A DNA stretch of 32,000 nt from Promethearchaeota archaeon. GTDB lineage: Archaea > Asgardarchaeota > Lokiarchaeia > Sigyniarchaeales > Promethearchaeaceae. Of the stretch, positions 1-8,051 are shown piece by piece. The stretch covers positions 30,001 through 62,000 of the forward strand of contig JAFGBS010000004.1 of the NCBI GenBank assembly GCA_016933055.1, read 5' to 3'. The position numbers were made by a program, and so were the translations under genes. Every line of letters begins with the position of its first letter. The stretch's first letter is position 1. The notes under the pieces are model-generated. The model ran no database searches, had not been told where the DNA came from, and saw only the letters and a program-made list of their open reading frames with translations.

Positions 1-128
1 GCTCCATGATCAATCATGTGCTGATAAAACACGGTTCCGCAATTGGAACATAATAGATCTCCCGTTGCAGTATCATTGATAGCCTTGTCTGAACCGCAAC
101 AAGGACATTTCTCATATCCAGTGCCCAT
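1..128 (-). CDS. tfb: Transcription initiation factor IIB (TFB), N-terminal part; runs off the window's left edge
   Basis: Not in the ORF track. Manual translation from ATG at 128 gives MGTGYEKCPCCGSDKAINDTATGDLLCSNCGTVFYQHMIDHG, the TFIIB Zn ribbon (CPxCGS...D...G.L.C..CG.V....ID.G). Confidence 0.85.
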   Translation of the reverse strand, partial: MGTGYEKCPCCGSDKAINDTATGDLLCSNCGTVFYQHMIDHG

Positions 129-300
129 TATTCATTTCACTTTAATACTGCGATTTCTATATCTCGTTAGATGGTCCTCGCCCTAATCTATGGATCTTAC
201 TTTAGAAAAAATATAGATAGCTTCTATGGATCTCTATAAATACTAAGCATAGAATAGACTCGCGACTTCATATTTAAATTTATCTTTAAGTAATTGGGCT

Positions 301-837
301 GTGGGATCTCAACATCGATCTATCCCAAAAATGAGAGTAATTTGTATGAGTAAATTATTTCGGCATAAACATCGTGCTATTCGGTCATTTCCGACAAAAT
401 GTAGAGATTGTGGTAAACCCATTCTGTATTGGGAGTGCGAATGTGGTGCAAAAACATTTTTTAATCTACCGATTTATGGTAAACCCATTCGTCACCTATG
501 TGAAAAACCTCTCCTTCGTGGAAAAAGAAGAAGACCTTGGACGATCACTAAAGAAATCCCAGAAAAGGACTGGCAAGAGATAGGGCGTGAAGAAATTTTC
601 CGATGTCCCATTTGCAATAAGATATTTAAGGATGAAACAAGGTTTTATTCCCATATAACTCAAATGAAAAAAACAGATCCGGACCACAAGAGTTATTTTG
701 ATGAGATTTTGGAACTAATAGATTTTGATGAAAGAGATCTGGAAGAAGAAATGGAAATCTTTCGGGTGAATACCAAAATTTCGGAAAATCCAGGGTTTGG
801 TTCCATTTCCATTCGAGACCAGAAAAAGAAAAAATAA
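301..837 (+). CDS. Hypothetical Zn-finger protein (true start possibly ATG 331 or 346)
   Basis: 178-aa ORF with CRDC...CECG...HLC and a C2H2-like CPIC-x12-H-x10-H; divergent from tfb. Confidence 0.6.
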   Translation: MGSQHRSIPKMRVICMSKLFRHKHRAIRSFPTKCRDCGKPILYWECECGAKTFFNLPIYGKPIRHLCEKPLLRGKRRRPWTITKEIPEKDWQEIGREEIFRCPICNKIFKDETRFYSHITQMKKTDPDHKSYFDEILELIDFDERDLEEEMEIFRVNTKISENPGFGSISIRDQKKKK

Positions 838-910
838 GACAAACAAAGAATTAAGGTTCTTTTGTATTGAATACTTTAAGTATAACATAAGATAAGGTTG
901 AACGTATCAA

Positions 911-1534
911 ATGGTGGATTATGCTTCCGTAATAAATATTTTAGTGCAAGATTATCCTGATGCCCTTGCAGTCGTAATTATAGACTCCTCCGGTAATGTG
1001 TTACACTCTACAGATAATTGGGATGTATCCCGCGATATTGGTCGTGTATTAACCAGTTGGCGGATGGGAAATGCACAATTTGTCATTTTACAGGACGTGA
1101 AATATTCAATTATTCAAATGGAACCAGAACGATTAATTGCGACAAATTTCAAAAGGCAGGGGCATTTGGTGGGGGCAGCTGCGCCTGATGGAGGGAAATT
1201 TCTTATTGCCTATATTAGTCCTGATGCCGAAGCATGGAATCATACAGCCTATCCTTCTGTGGCACGTGCGGCCGCTATGTTATCGGGAGCCTCCCATTCA
1301 ACTGGAGTTTCAGTAACAGGAGTTACACAAAGTGCTTCCCTTGGAGCGGCCCAACCAGGACAAAGTTCTGTAGACCCCACATTGAAAACTGAAATTGAGA
1401 ATTTTCTTTCATGGATTAAAGATCCTCAAGGATTAGCCGGATATGTATCCTATTATCTTCAGATTAATGACAGTTATACAATTTCTCAACTCGCTGAGAT
1501 TTATAATGATTTCCGTCGTATATTTAATTTCTAA
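911..1534 (+). CDS. Asgard-type profilin domain (about aa 1-125) plus a Ser/Gly/Thr linker and an extra C-terminal helical domain
   Basis: Motifs AVVIIDSSG, TDNWDVSRD, KYSIIQMEPERLIATN and GHLVG match my recollection of Lokiarchaeal profilins (NW.IS.D, KY.I...ER.I.TN..G.GH). Confidence 0.8.
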   Translation: MVDYASVINILVQDYPDALAVVIIDSSGNVLHSTDNWDVSRDIGRVLTSWRMGNAQFVILQDVKYSIIQMEPERLIATNFKRQGHLVGAAAPDGGKFLIAYISPDAEAWNHTAYPSVARAAAMLSGASHSTGVSVTGVTQSASLGAAQPGQSSVDPTLKTEIENFLSWIKDPQGLAGYVSYYLQINDSYTISQLAEIYNDFRRIFNF

Positions 1535-1543
1535 TTGATTTCG

Positions 1544-1771
1544 ATGACCAAAAAGATCATATTTGTCATGTGTAAGAAGTGTGGAACAAGAATTCAGATT
1601 AAACTGGATCGAAATATCAAGTTCCCCGATGGTTCCGATCTCTATTGGATCGTTCATGCTCATGGAGATTTAGAGAAAGACGCCCATGCATTGATTATTG
1701 AAATAGATCGTAACCTGAATGTTAGAAATACACGTGTTTCAGATGAATTTTTTTTTACCTATGATATTTGA
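1544..1771 (+). CDS. Small CxxC...HG..H Zn-binding protein, paralog A (ORF track start TTG 1535; ATG 1544 preferred)
   Basis: CKKC...HGDLEKDAHALIIEIDRNLNVR; follows the profilin stop directly; shares a motif with the next ORF. Confidence 0.7.
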   Translation: MTKKIIFVMCKKCGTRIQIKLDRNIKFPDGSDLYWIVHAHGDLEKDAHALIIEIDRNLNVRNTRVSDEFFFTYDI

Positions 1772-1782
1772 GGAGTTGAAAG

Positions 1783-2103
1783 TTGAAAAATACTAATCCA
1801 AGTGATAAAGACTTAGGAATTCCTGAAATTCCGATGAAAAAAGCAATTATAGTAAAACAAGGACAGATACGCAAAGATACAGAAACAACGAAATTTGTTC
1901 TTGTTGAGTGCCAAATTTGCAATAAAACAATCAATATGCCAATACCCCGAAAGATTATCGAAGAATCACCTTTACCCGTGACGGATGTAACATATATTCA
2001 TGGAAATCCCAAACATGCATTAACTGCACAATTAGATAAGGATTACGCAGTGCGTAGAAGACGAGCAAGTGTAATTATATCCGAAAAGGATTATGAAGAA
2101 TAA
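1783..2103 (+). CDS. Small CxxC...HG..H Zn-binding protein, paralog B
   Basis: CQIC...HGNPKHALTAQLDKDYAVR; SD-like GAGGAG at 1770-1775 overlaps the upstream stop codon and precedes the TTG start. Confidence 0.7.
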   Translation: MKNTNPSDKDLGIPEIPMKKAIIVKQGQIRKDTETTKFVLVECQICNKTINMPIPRKIIEESPLPVTDVTYIHGNPKHALTAQLDKDYAVRRRRASVIISEKDYEE

Positions 2104-2687
2104 AGTTTAGGATTTTTTAAAGGGAGAATTGCCATGATTACGCTATATTGTAAAATATCGGATCGTTCAAGTACTCCATCTGTCAGGAATCCTATAGCAC
2201 CCTCTTTTTGCTTTATATTCGGAATACTGCTTAATTCCTCGATTATAGTACCGATTTCATGATGTTCGGAATTGCTTAATAAATTGTCAATAATTTTTTG
2301 TGGGTACTCGAAAGCGGGACCGGAACCGATACTAATCGATCCATCAGCTTGAAATAATGCACAAAATTGAAAATCTAAGTAGCCTGTTGCAGTATAGGGG
2401 ACGGAGACCAGCCCTGCTTCAATACCTATCCCTAACTGGGTGCTAGAAGAGGATTCAGAAGAGAAAATCGTTTTGTATGCATTTTTTGCACGGGTAATCG
2501 CTCCTTGAATCGTCGAATCTAAACCAAAAGGTTGCACTGCTACTCCTGTGTTAACTTCAATCGGATAAAACACGCAAGTAGTATGCGGAAATAAGAGAAA
2601 AAAGGCTTTCTTTACGGCTTTAATTTTGGCACTATTTCTAGAACCAATTGCAATTTGATATGTGTACGATCTTTGCAAAGTGATCAC
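2091..2687 (-). CDS. yjjX: Non-canonical purine NTP phosphatase (inosine/xanthosine triphosphatase, YjjX/DUF84 family)
   Basis: IGSRNSAKIKAV, GV..QPFG...TIQGAITRA, GIGIEAGL and GAIGFLT.G...R motifs; 10 bp downstream of valS. Confidence 0.88.
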   Translation of the reverse strand: MITLQRSYTYQIAIGSRNSAKIKAVKKAFFLLFPHTTCVFYPIEVNTGVAVQPFGLDSTIQGAITRAKNAYKTIFSSESSSSTQLGIGIEAGLVSVPYTATGYLDFQFCALFQADGSISIGSGPAFEYPQKIIDNLLSNSEHHEIGTIIEELSSIPNIKQKEGAIGFLTDGVLERSDILQYSVIMAILPLKNPKLYSS

Positions 2688-2697
2688 TTATATGACT

Positions 2698-5118
2698 TCA
2701 TACTAAATGATGCATCTCAATGAGTTCTTCTCTAAACGGTTTTAATTCTTCAGGCACTATCACATGAATTTCCTCTTTTTTCGAGAGATTTTGGTCGGTT
2801 TTATGTTTCCATATTGTAGCATTAAATTCAGTTAGTGGATTGGTATATTTCTGGTAGGATTCAGTTAGATCACTCAGAATCGGTTTAGAAAATCGTGTTA
2901 ACTGGATATTTTTCCCATAAATTTCCTGATATAGTTTGTATGTCAAGAAAGGAATGATAGGATGGAATAATTTTAGTACGGCTTTTAAACACACATGTAA
3001 CGTTGCCCATACCGCCTTATCCCCTTCATAAGCCCGTACCTTGGTCATTTCAAGATAATGATTAGCAAAGTTATTGACAAAGAAGTTCCTCACAATTTGT
3101 AGAGGTACTATGAAGTCAAAATCTGCGTAACCTTTTGCAGCTTTTTTAATACATAGATTAAGTTCGGAAAGAATCCACATATCTACAGGTCGTAAGCGAA
3201 CGGATCGAATGTATCGAGACTTATCGGGGAACATGGAAGTGAATTTTGCGATATTGAAGAATTTTGTGAGAGTTTTGCGATTATTATCGATTTTTTCTTC
3301 ATCAATCCGAAAATCCTCTCCAACATGTGAAATCGCTGCTGCAGAATATCTAAAAGCATCTACACCATAATTTTTAATGACATCGTCAGGGTTGATAACA
3401 TTACCTAAACTTTTCGACATTTTCCTCCCATATTTATCCATACCCAATCCAGAAATCCATACATGATGGAATGGTTTATGATCAAACAAGAGCCTATTTT
3501 TCAATATCGTGTAATATAACCAAGTCCGTACAATATCTCTGCCTTGTGGTCGTATAGAACAAGGATAGTGGGTTTTGAAGAATTCTGGATCTTGTCCATA
3601 TTTAAGAATATATATACTACTATTAGAACTATCCATCCAGGTATCAAAAGTTTTAGTTTCACCCGTATATCCTGAGGTGGATCCACATTTTTTACACGGT
3701 TTGTTTTCAAATGGAGGAGGTTCTCTCCAAGGTTGATAATATTTCCCCGGTTCGGGGACATGAATTTCTCCACAAGCATTGCATTTCCAAACAGGAATTT
3801 CAGTGTGATAATAGCGTCTTCGAGATATAGGCCAGTCAATTGTAATACTATTTATCCAATCGAGCAAAATATTGCGATTCTTTTTTGGGTGAAATCTCAT
3901 TTTAGAAGCGAATTTCTTCAGGTCATCGAGAAATTCCACTTGTTTAATATAATATTCTTTAAGGAGAATTATTTCGACTCGATCCTTGGATCTTTCACAT
4001 GTTGGGTATTTATGGGGAGCTTGTTCTTGACTCTCTAGGAACCCAAACTTATCTAAATCCTCTAAAATTGCTTCACGTGCTTCATGAACACTCATTCCTT
4101 CATACTTGCCAGCAACACTTGTGAATTTCACATTTAAATCTAAAGCTTTGATTGGTTCCAGATTCAGTTCACGGAATAGTTGGACGTCCGTAGAATCCCC
4201 AAATGAACAGATCATAACCACTCCCGATCCATATTCCATCTTAGCAGAAGGATGAGGTTGAATGGGGACTGACCTACCAAATATTGGAAGTAAGGCTTTT
4301 TTTCCATGGAATTTCTTATATCGGTCATCTTCCGGGTGAACCAACACTGTTTGGCATGCACATATTAATTCGGGACGAGTTGTTGCTATAAGGATGTGCC
4401 CTTCCGCATTATTGAGGTCTTCTTGTCCCTCAATTGGGAATTTTATATAATTGAGTGTAATCTCTCCATCCTTGTAATAAATTTCCGCATCTGCTATAGT
4501 TGTTTTACATCCTGGACAGTAATTATTGGGACGTAAATCCTCATAGATATATCCTTTTTCATAAAGTTCAATAAACGTGCGTTGAGTAACCGCCCGATAT
4601 CGATCACTATCAGTTTTATAGGGATTATCGAAATCAACTGATAACCCTATCCGTTTAGCGATAGTATCAAGGTCATTTGAGATTTTAGTTATTTCCTTTT
4701 GGCATTTAGTAATGAATTCTGCACGATCGAAATCATAGAGGGATTTTCCTTCCTTTTTTTCGACTACTAATTCAATATTAATACCGTTTCGATCAAGACC
4801 CCACGGAAAATGCACATTATAACCCCGCAATCGTTGAGTGCGTGCGATCATATCAATCATAGTATAATGAGCAACTGCACCGACATGCCATCTCCCAGAA
4901 GGATAGGGAGGGGGTGTATCAATGGAAAATATAGGTTTTTTCGAGTTGGGATTCATTTTGTATGCCTTATAGGTACCATTGTTTTTCCATTCTTCTAAAA
5001 CCTCTAATTCCTTGGAAAAATGCCATTTCTTAAATGAGATGACAGGTTTATATTTTTGATTGCTTCTTTGAGGATTATCTCGATTATTCTGGGTAGGAGG
5101 AGGCGGTTTGGTAGTCAT
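2698..5118 (-). CDS. valS: Valyl-tRNA synthetase (archaeal type)
   Basis: FSIDTPPPYPSG.WHVGA (HIGH-like), ATTRPE editing motif, DWPISRRRYY, DTWMDS, RPQG.DI, KMSKSLGN. Confidence 0.95.
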   Translation of the reverse strand: MTTKPPPPTQNNRDNPQRSNQKYKPVISFKKWHFSKELEVLEEWKNNGTYKAYKMNPNSKKPIFSIDTPPPYPSGRWHVGAVAHYTMIDMIARTQRLRGYNVHFPWGLDRNGINIELVVEKKEGKSLYDFDRAEFITKCQKEITKISNDLDTIAKRIGLSVDFDNPYKTDSDRYRAVTQRTFIELYEKGYIYEDLRPNNYCPGCKTTIADAEIYYKDGEITLNYIKFPIEGQEDLNNAEGHILIATTRPELICACQTVLVHPEDDRYKKFHGKKALLPIFGRSVPIQPHPSAKMEYGSGVVMICSFGDSTDVQLFRELNLEPIKALDLNVKFTSVAGKYEGMSVHEAREAILEDLDKFGFLESQEQAPHKYPTCERSKDRVEIILLKEYYIKQVEFLDDLKKFASKMRFHPKKNRNILLDWINSITIDWPISRRRYYHTEIPVWKCNACGEIHVPEPGKYYQPWREPPPFENKPCKKCGSTSGYTGETKTFDTWMDSSNSSIYILKYGQDPEFFKTHYPCSIRPQGRDIVRTWLYYTILKNRLLFDHKPFHHVWISGLGMDKYGRKMSKSLGNVINPDDVIKNYGVDAFRYSAAAISHVGEDFRIDEEKIDNNRKTLTKFFNIAKFTSMFPDKSRYIRSVRLRPVDMWILSELNLCIKKAAKGYADFDFIVPLQIVRNFFVNNFANHYLEMTKVRAYEGDKAVWATLHVCLKAVLKLFHPIIPFLTYKLYQEIYGKNIQLTRFSKPILSDLTESYQKYTNPLTEFNATIWKHKTDQNLSKKEEIHVIVPEELKPFREELIEMHHLV

Positions 5119-5242
5119 TAAGAATCATCAGGTAAGTTAACGTACTTGAGTAATATGGGAGCTATAAAAAAAAGTTTAAGTTCTCAGAAGTGCCCAAATC
5201 CTAAAATTGAAATAGTTGATTACATTAAAAAGGAGTAGCTAA

Positions 5243-5315
5243 GGGCGATTAGCTCAGCTGGAAGAGCGCACGGTTCGCATCCGTGAGGTCCGGGGTTCAA
5301 ATCCCCGATCGTCCA
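5243..5315 (+). tRNA. tRNA-Ala(CGC), no intron, CCA not encoded
   Basis: Cloverleaf: acceptor GGGCGAT/ATCGTCC with the G3:U70 alanine identity pair, D-arm GCTC/GAGC, anticodon arm CACGG-TTCGCAT-CCGTG, T-arm CGGGG-TTCAAAT-CCCCG, discriminator A. Confidence 0.97.
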
Positions 5316-5322
5316 TACGAAA

Positions 5323-6039
5323 TCATAAATCTGGAACATCTGGAGGTAATTTTACTTTATTCTCTCTTTCTGGCGCTTTCCCATCCCCCCAAACGGTATA
5401 TACTACACATCTTCGTGCACATTCACTGAAAATACGATACACGTTTTGTGCGTTATTGTACAAAGCAACGGTTTGATAGATGATGGGATTCCATTCAGAT
5501 AGAGGATTTGAGGGTTCATGTAATAAACCTGCTTCTTTCATGACATCTTCCCACTCTTCCAATGTGATCACATCATCCAGGTCCCGCTTATTCAGCATAA
5601 CAAGAAGGGGAATAACACTGATTAATTTCCCATTTGCGACACGCTTTAATTCTTTCAAACTATCAATATTATCTTGGAGTCGACTTTTTTGCGAATCCAC
5701 TACAAAAATAACCCCATCCGTATCCTCAAACAAAATTTTTCGTGTGTTTCCAAATCTCTGTTGACCCGCAACGGTGAAAACATGATAATATAATGATTTT
5801 TCTTTTTTACTTTGAAAGATCCCTCGATCAAAATATAAAGTGGATCCTGATGCCATCGCTATTTTTTTTAGGGTGCCTGTGGGAATAACTTCAATTTGTG
5901 GTTTGTCTGTAGATTGTTCCTTGGGCGGTTCTGAGCATAACTGGTACAATGTATCGACTGCTGTAGTTTTACCCCCGGCAGCGCATCCCCAATACAGTAT
6001 TTTTATGAAAATTTTTTTATCTTCTGTGTACCGCACCAT
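5323..6039 (-). CDS. MglA-like small GTPase (Ras superfamily)
   Basis: KILYWGCAAGGKTT (G1), TLYFD (G2, MglA TLFFD), TVAGQ (G3, MglA TVPGQ), FVVDSQ and NKRD (G4). Confidence 0.85.
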   Translation of the reverse strand: MVRYTEDKKIFIKILYWGCAAGGKTTAVDTLYQLCSEPPKEQSTDKPQIEVIPTGTLKKIAMASGSTLYFDRGIFQSKKEKSLYYHVFTVAGQQRFGNTRKILFEDTDGVIFVVDSQKSRLQDNIDSLKELKRVANGKLISVIPLLVMLNKRDLDDVITLEEWEDVMKEAGLLHEPSNPLSEWNPIIYQTVALYNNAQNVYRIFSECARRCVVYTVWGDGKAPERENKVKLPPDVPDL

Positions 6040-6277
6040 TCTTTAACGCATTCTCTGATGTTTTATTATATATTATTTTAGACACAATCGATTCCTTAAG
6101 ACTTTCGTATTTTGTTGTTTAGCAATATGTTCATGATTATACTATTAAATATATTTGTGGTATTCTTCCACAATAACTTACTTGGGGACTCAGTGTAACT
6201 ATAATTTCTCATTGGATATTATCCTCAAAACTTGGTGTGTATCATCGTCCCTTTCAAGGTTATTGTGGACGAAATGA

Positions 6278-6835
6278 TTATTCTTGCAGTTCTTGATAAG
6301 CTTCAATTCGTTCTTTTTTCAATCGCAAATATTCATTTTCTGATATATCTCCACGTATCAATTTTTGATCCAATTCAGCATCCGTTCCCCCAATTTTTTC
6401 ATTATCCTCTAATTGCTTCTTAATCTGCCTTCTTTTCATTGCTCGATCATAATTTTTTTGTATCTTCTCGGCTAGTTTAGAGATATCCTTGTTGGGATGA
6501 TGCTGTTTGCGCTCAACATTCGATAGGGTAATCTTAACCAAATCAGGATCCTTTCTGCTTAATTCTTCTATTCGAGTTAGAACAGCCATTACTTCATCGT
6601 CATTATGAGATTCTAATGCAGCAATCAGTTTTGGAACGGCAATTTCCTCCATTGCCTCATCCAAATAGTCTGAAATCTCTTTCTGATCCTTTTTGGAACC
6701 ATAATTTTTCAGATGGGAATCTCGTATATAATTGATATATACTAACGGGACTTCTCCTGTCCATTTTTTCATCTTCTCTTTACTTGCTATCTGGATAATA
6801 CGATCATCCGAAAGTCGATATACATTGAAGTCCAT
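6278..6835 (-). CDS. Hypothetical helical protein with a HEAT-like repeat and a C-terminal SHOCT-like motif (ATG 6835 preferred over TTG 6844)
   Basis: ATG at 6835 overlaps the top6A stop (TAATG). AVPKLIAALESHNDDEVMAVLTRIEEL is HEAT-like; LDQKLIRGDISENEYLRLK is SHOCT-like. Confidence 0.65.
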   Translation of the reverse strand: MDFNVYRLSDDRIIQIASKEKMKKWTGEVPLVYINYIRDSHLKNYGSKKDQKEISDYLDEAMEEIAVPKLIAALESHNDDEVMAVLTRIEELSRKDPDLVKITLSNVERKQHHPNKDISKLAEKIQKNYDRAMKRRQIKKQLEDNEKIGGTDAELDQKLIRGDISENEYLRLKKERIEAYQELQE

Positions 6836-8034
6836 TAAATCCAATCTCCTGTTTCTAGTTTATGTGGAATATATTCATCCACTAGAAATTTAAATCCCCG
6901 TGAGGTGAAAGCTTGAATTTCTGCTTTTTCTTCTGACTTCAGCATAAGCTTTAAATCATCGCCCCATTTTTTATTTGCTTTAATAAAATCCTCTTTCAAC
7001 AATTCTTTCGCTCTTTTTTTATCTTGGGCAGTCAACCTCAATCGCGCTTCTTTGGGGATATTATACTCATCTAGATCTTTTGCGAGAACCCCTAACAGAT
7101 GAAGATCCGGAGTGGCCATAAAGGGAGACTCATAACTCAATCGCTTTGACCCGCGCATATATACGGATGCAATATAACTACCATAAGGATCCGCATCTAC
7201 CAATAAAAATACAGGAAGTCCCATTTTTGAAAGCCTTCGAAGGAACATTCGACTTGCCATGTCCCCTTGTCCTCTACCCGCCATAAGTATACAGGGAAAT
7301 CGTTCCCAGAATCGTGCTTCTGCAAGACGAACCATGGCAGCGTTTTTCTCAATAACTAAAACAAATTCTGCATCCGTCTCCAGAATTTCTACGTTATCTA
7401 AGGCAGGATTAACTTGCCATCCTTGGGAACCCATACGAGATAAGTCTAGAATATCATTTCCATCTCGAATACGTAACCGTCCCACGCAATTCCCCATAGC
7501 GGAGGCAATTATATGGGTAGAGTTACGAGTAGAACGAAGGATAGTCGCTAGATCTTCAATTAAAGCGTCAGAATTTTTTTGTTCTCCCCCAAAACCTTTT
7601 ACATCCATATAATATAGATCTCGTTTTGTTGCATGCAAATTCTGTTCTAATAAATCGTTCACAATTTCCATAACTTTGGCTATACGAGTCATATCCGTTG
7701 CGCTGGACAACGACAACAGAGATTTGGATGTAGTTTTTTGACCCATTAACAACATATCATTTTTCTCGTCCCAGATAATGTTTGAAGAAGAACGATTAGG
7801 TACTTTAAGAATGGGTCTTCCCGTCAACATAATTTGGGTAATTAAGCCATCAACTATTTGATGTAGGCGCTCTTTGGCTTCATCAGTGGTTAAATCGTCA
7901 ATTTTTGCTACACCTTTCGGTAATTGAAGAGCCTGTCCGTGGGTTTCTTGAATTCGTCTTAGTCCGTCTTCATATAATTTTCGTACCTTGTGATATTTCT
8001 TTATATCATAGGATTGATTAGATTTTGTCGCCAT
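6835..8034 (-). CDS. top6A: DNA topoisomerase VI subunit A (Spo11 homolog)
   Basis: TKRDLYY (catalytic Tyr region), toprim VIEK, G.GQGD, DADPYG and KAEIQA. Confidence 0.95.
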   Translation of the reverse strand: MATKSNQSYDIKKYHKVRKLYEDGLRRIQETHGQALQLPKGVAKIDDLTTDEAKERLHQIVDGLITQIMLTGRPILKVPNRSSSNIIWDEKNDMLLMGQKTTSKSLLSLSSATDMTRIAKVMEIVNDLLEQNLHATKRDLYYMDVKGFGGEQKNSDALIEDLATILRSTRNSTHIIASAMGNCVGRLRIRDGNDILDLSRMGSQGWQVNPALDNVEILETDAEFVLVIEKNAAMVRLAEARFWERFPCILMAGRGQGDMASRMFLRRLSKMGLPVFLLVDADPYGSYIASVYMRGSKRLSYESPFMATPDLHLLGVLAKDLDEYNIPKEARLRLTAQDKKRAKELLKEDFIKANKKWGDDLKLMLKSEEKAEIQAFTSRGFKFLVDEYIPHKLETGDWI

Positions 8035-8051
8035 AATGACTTATCCTCTTG

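Noticed and set aside
4875-4900. ValRS HIGH motif reads HVGA
   Set aside because: Similar variants occur in archaeal ValRS as I recall; KMSKS and the other motifs are intact.
5243-5315. tRNA-Ala as the integration site of an island
   Set aside because: No duplicated tRNA 3' end, integrase or shift in gene content was seen; the flanks are housekeeping genes.
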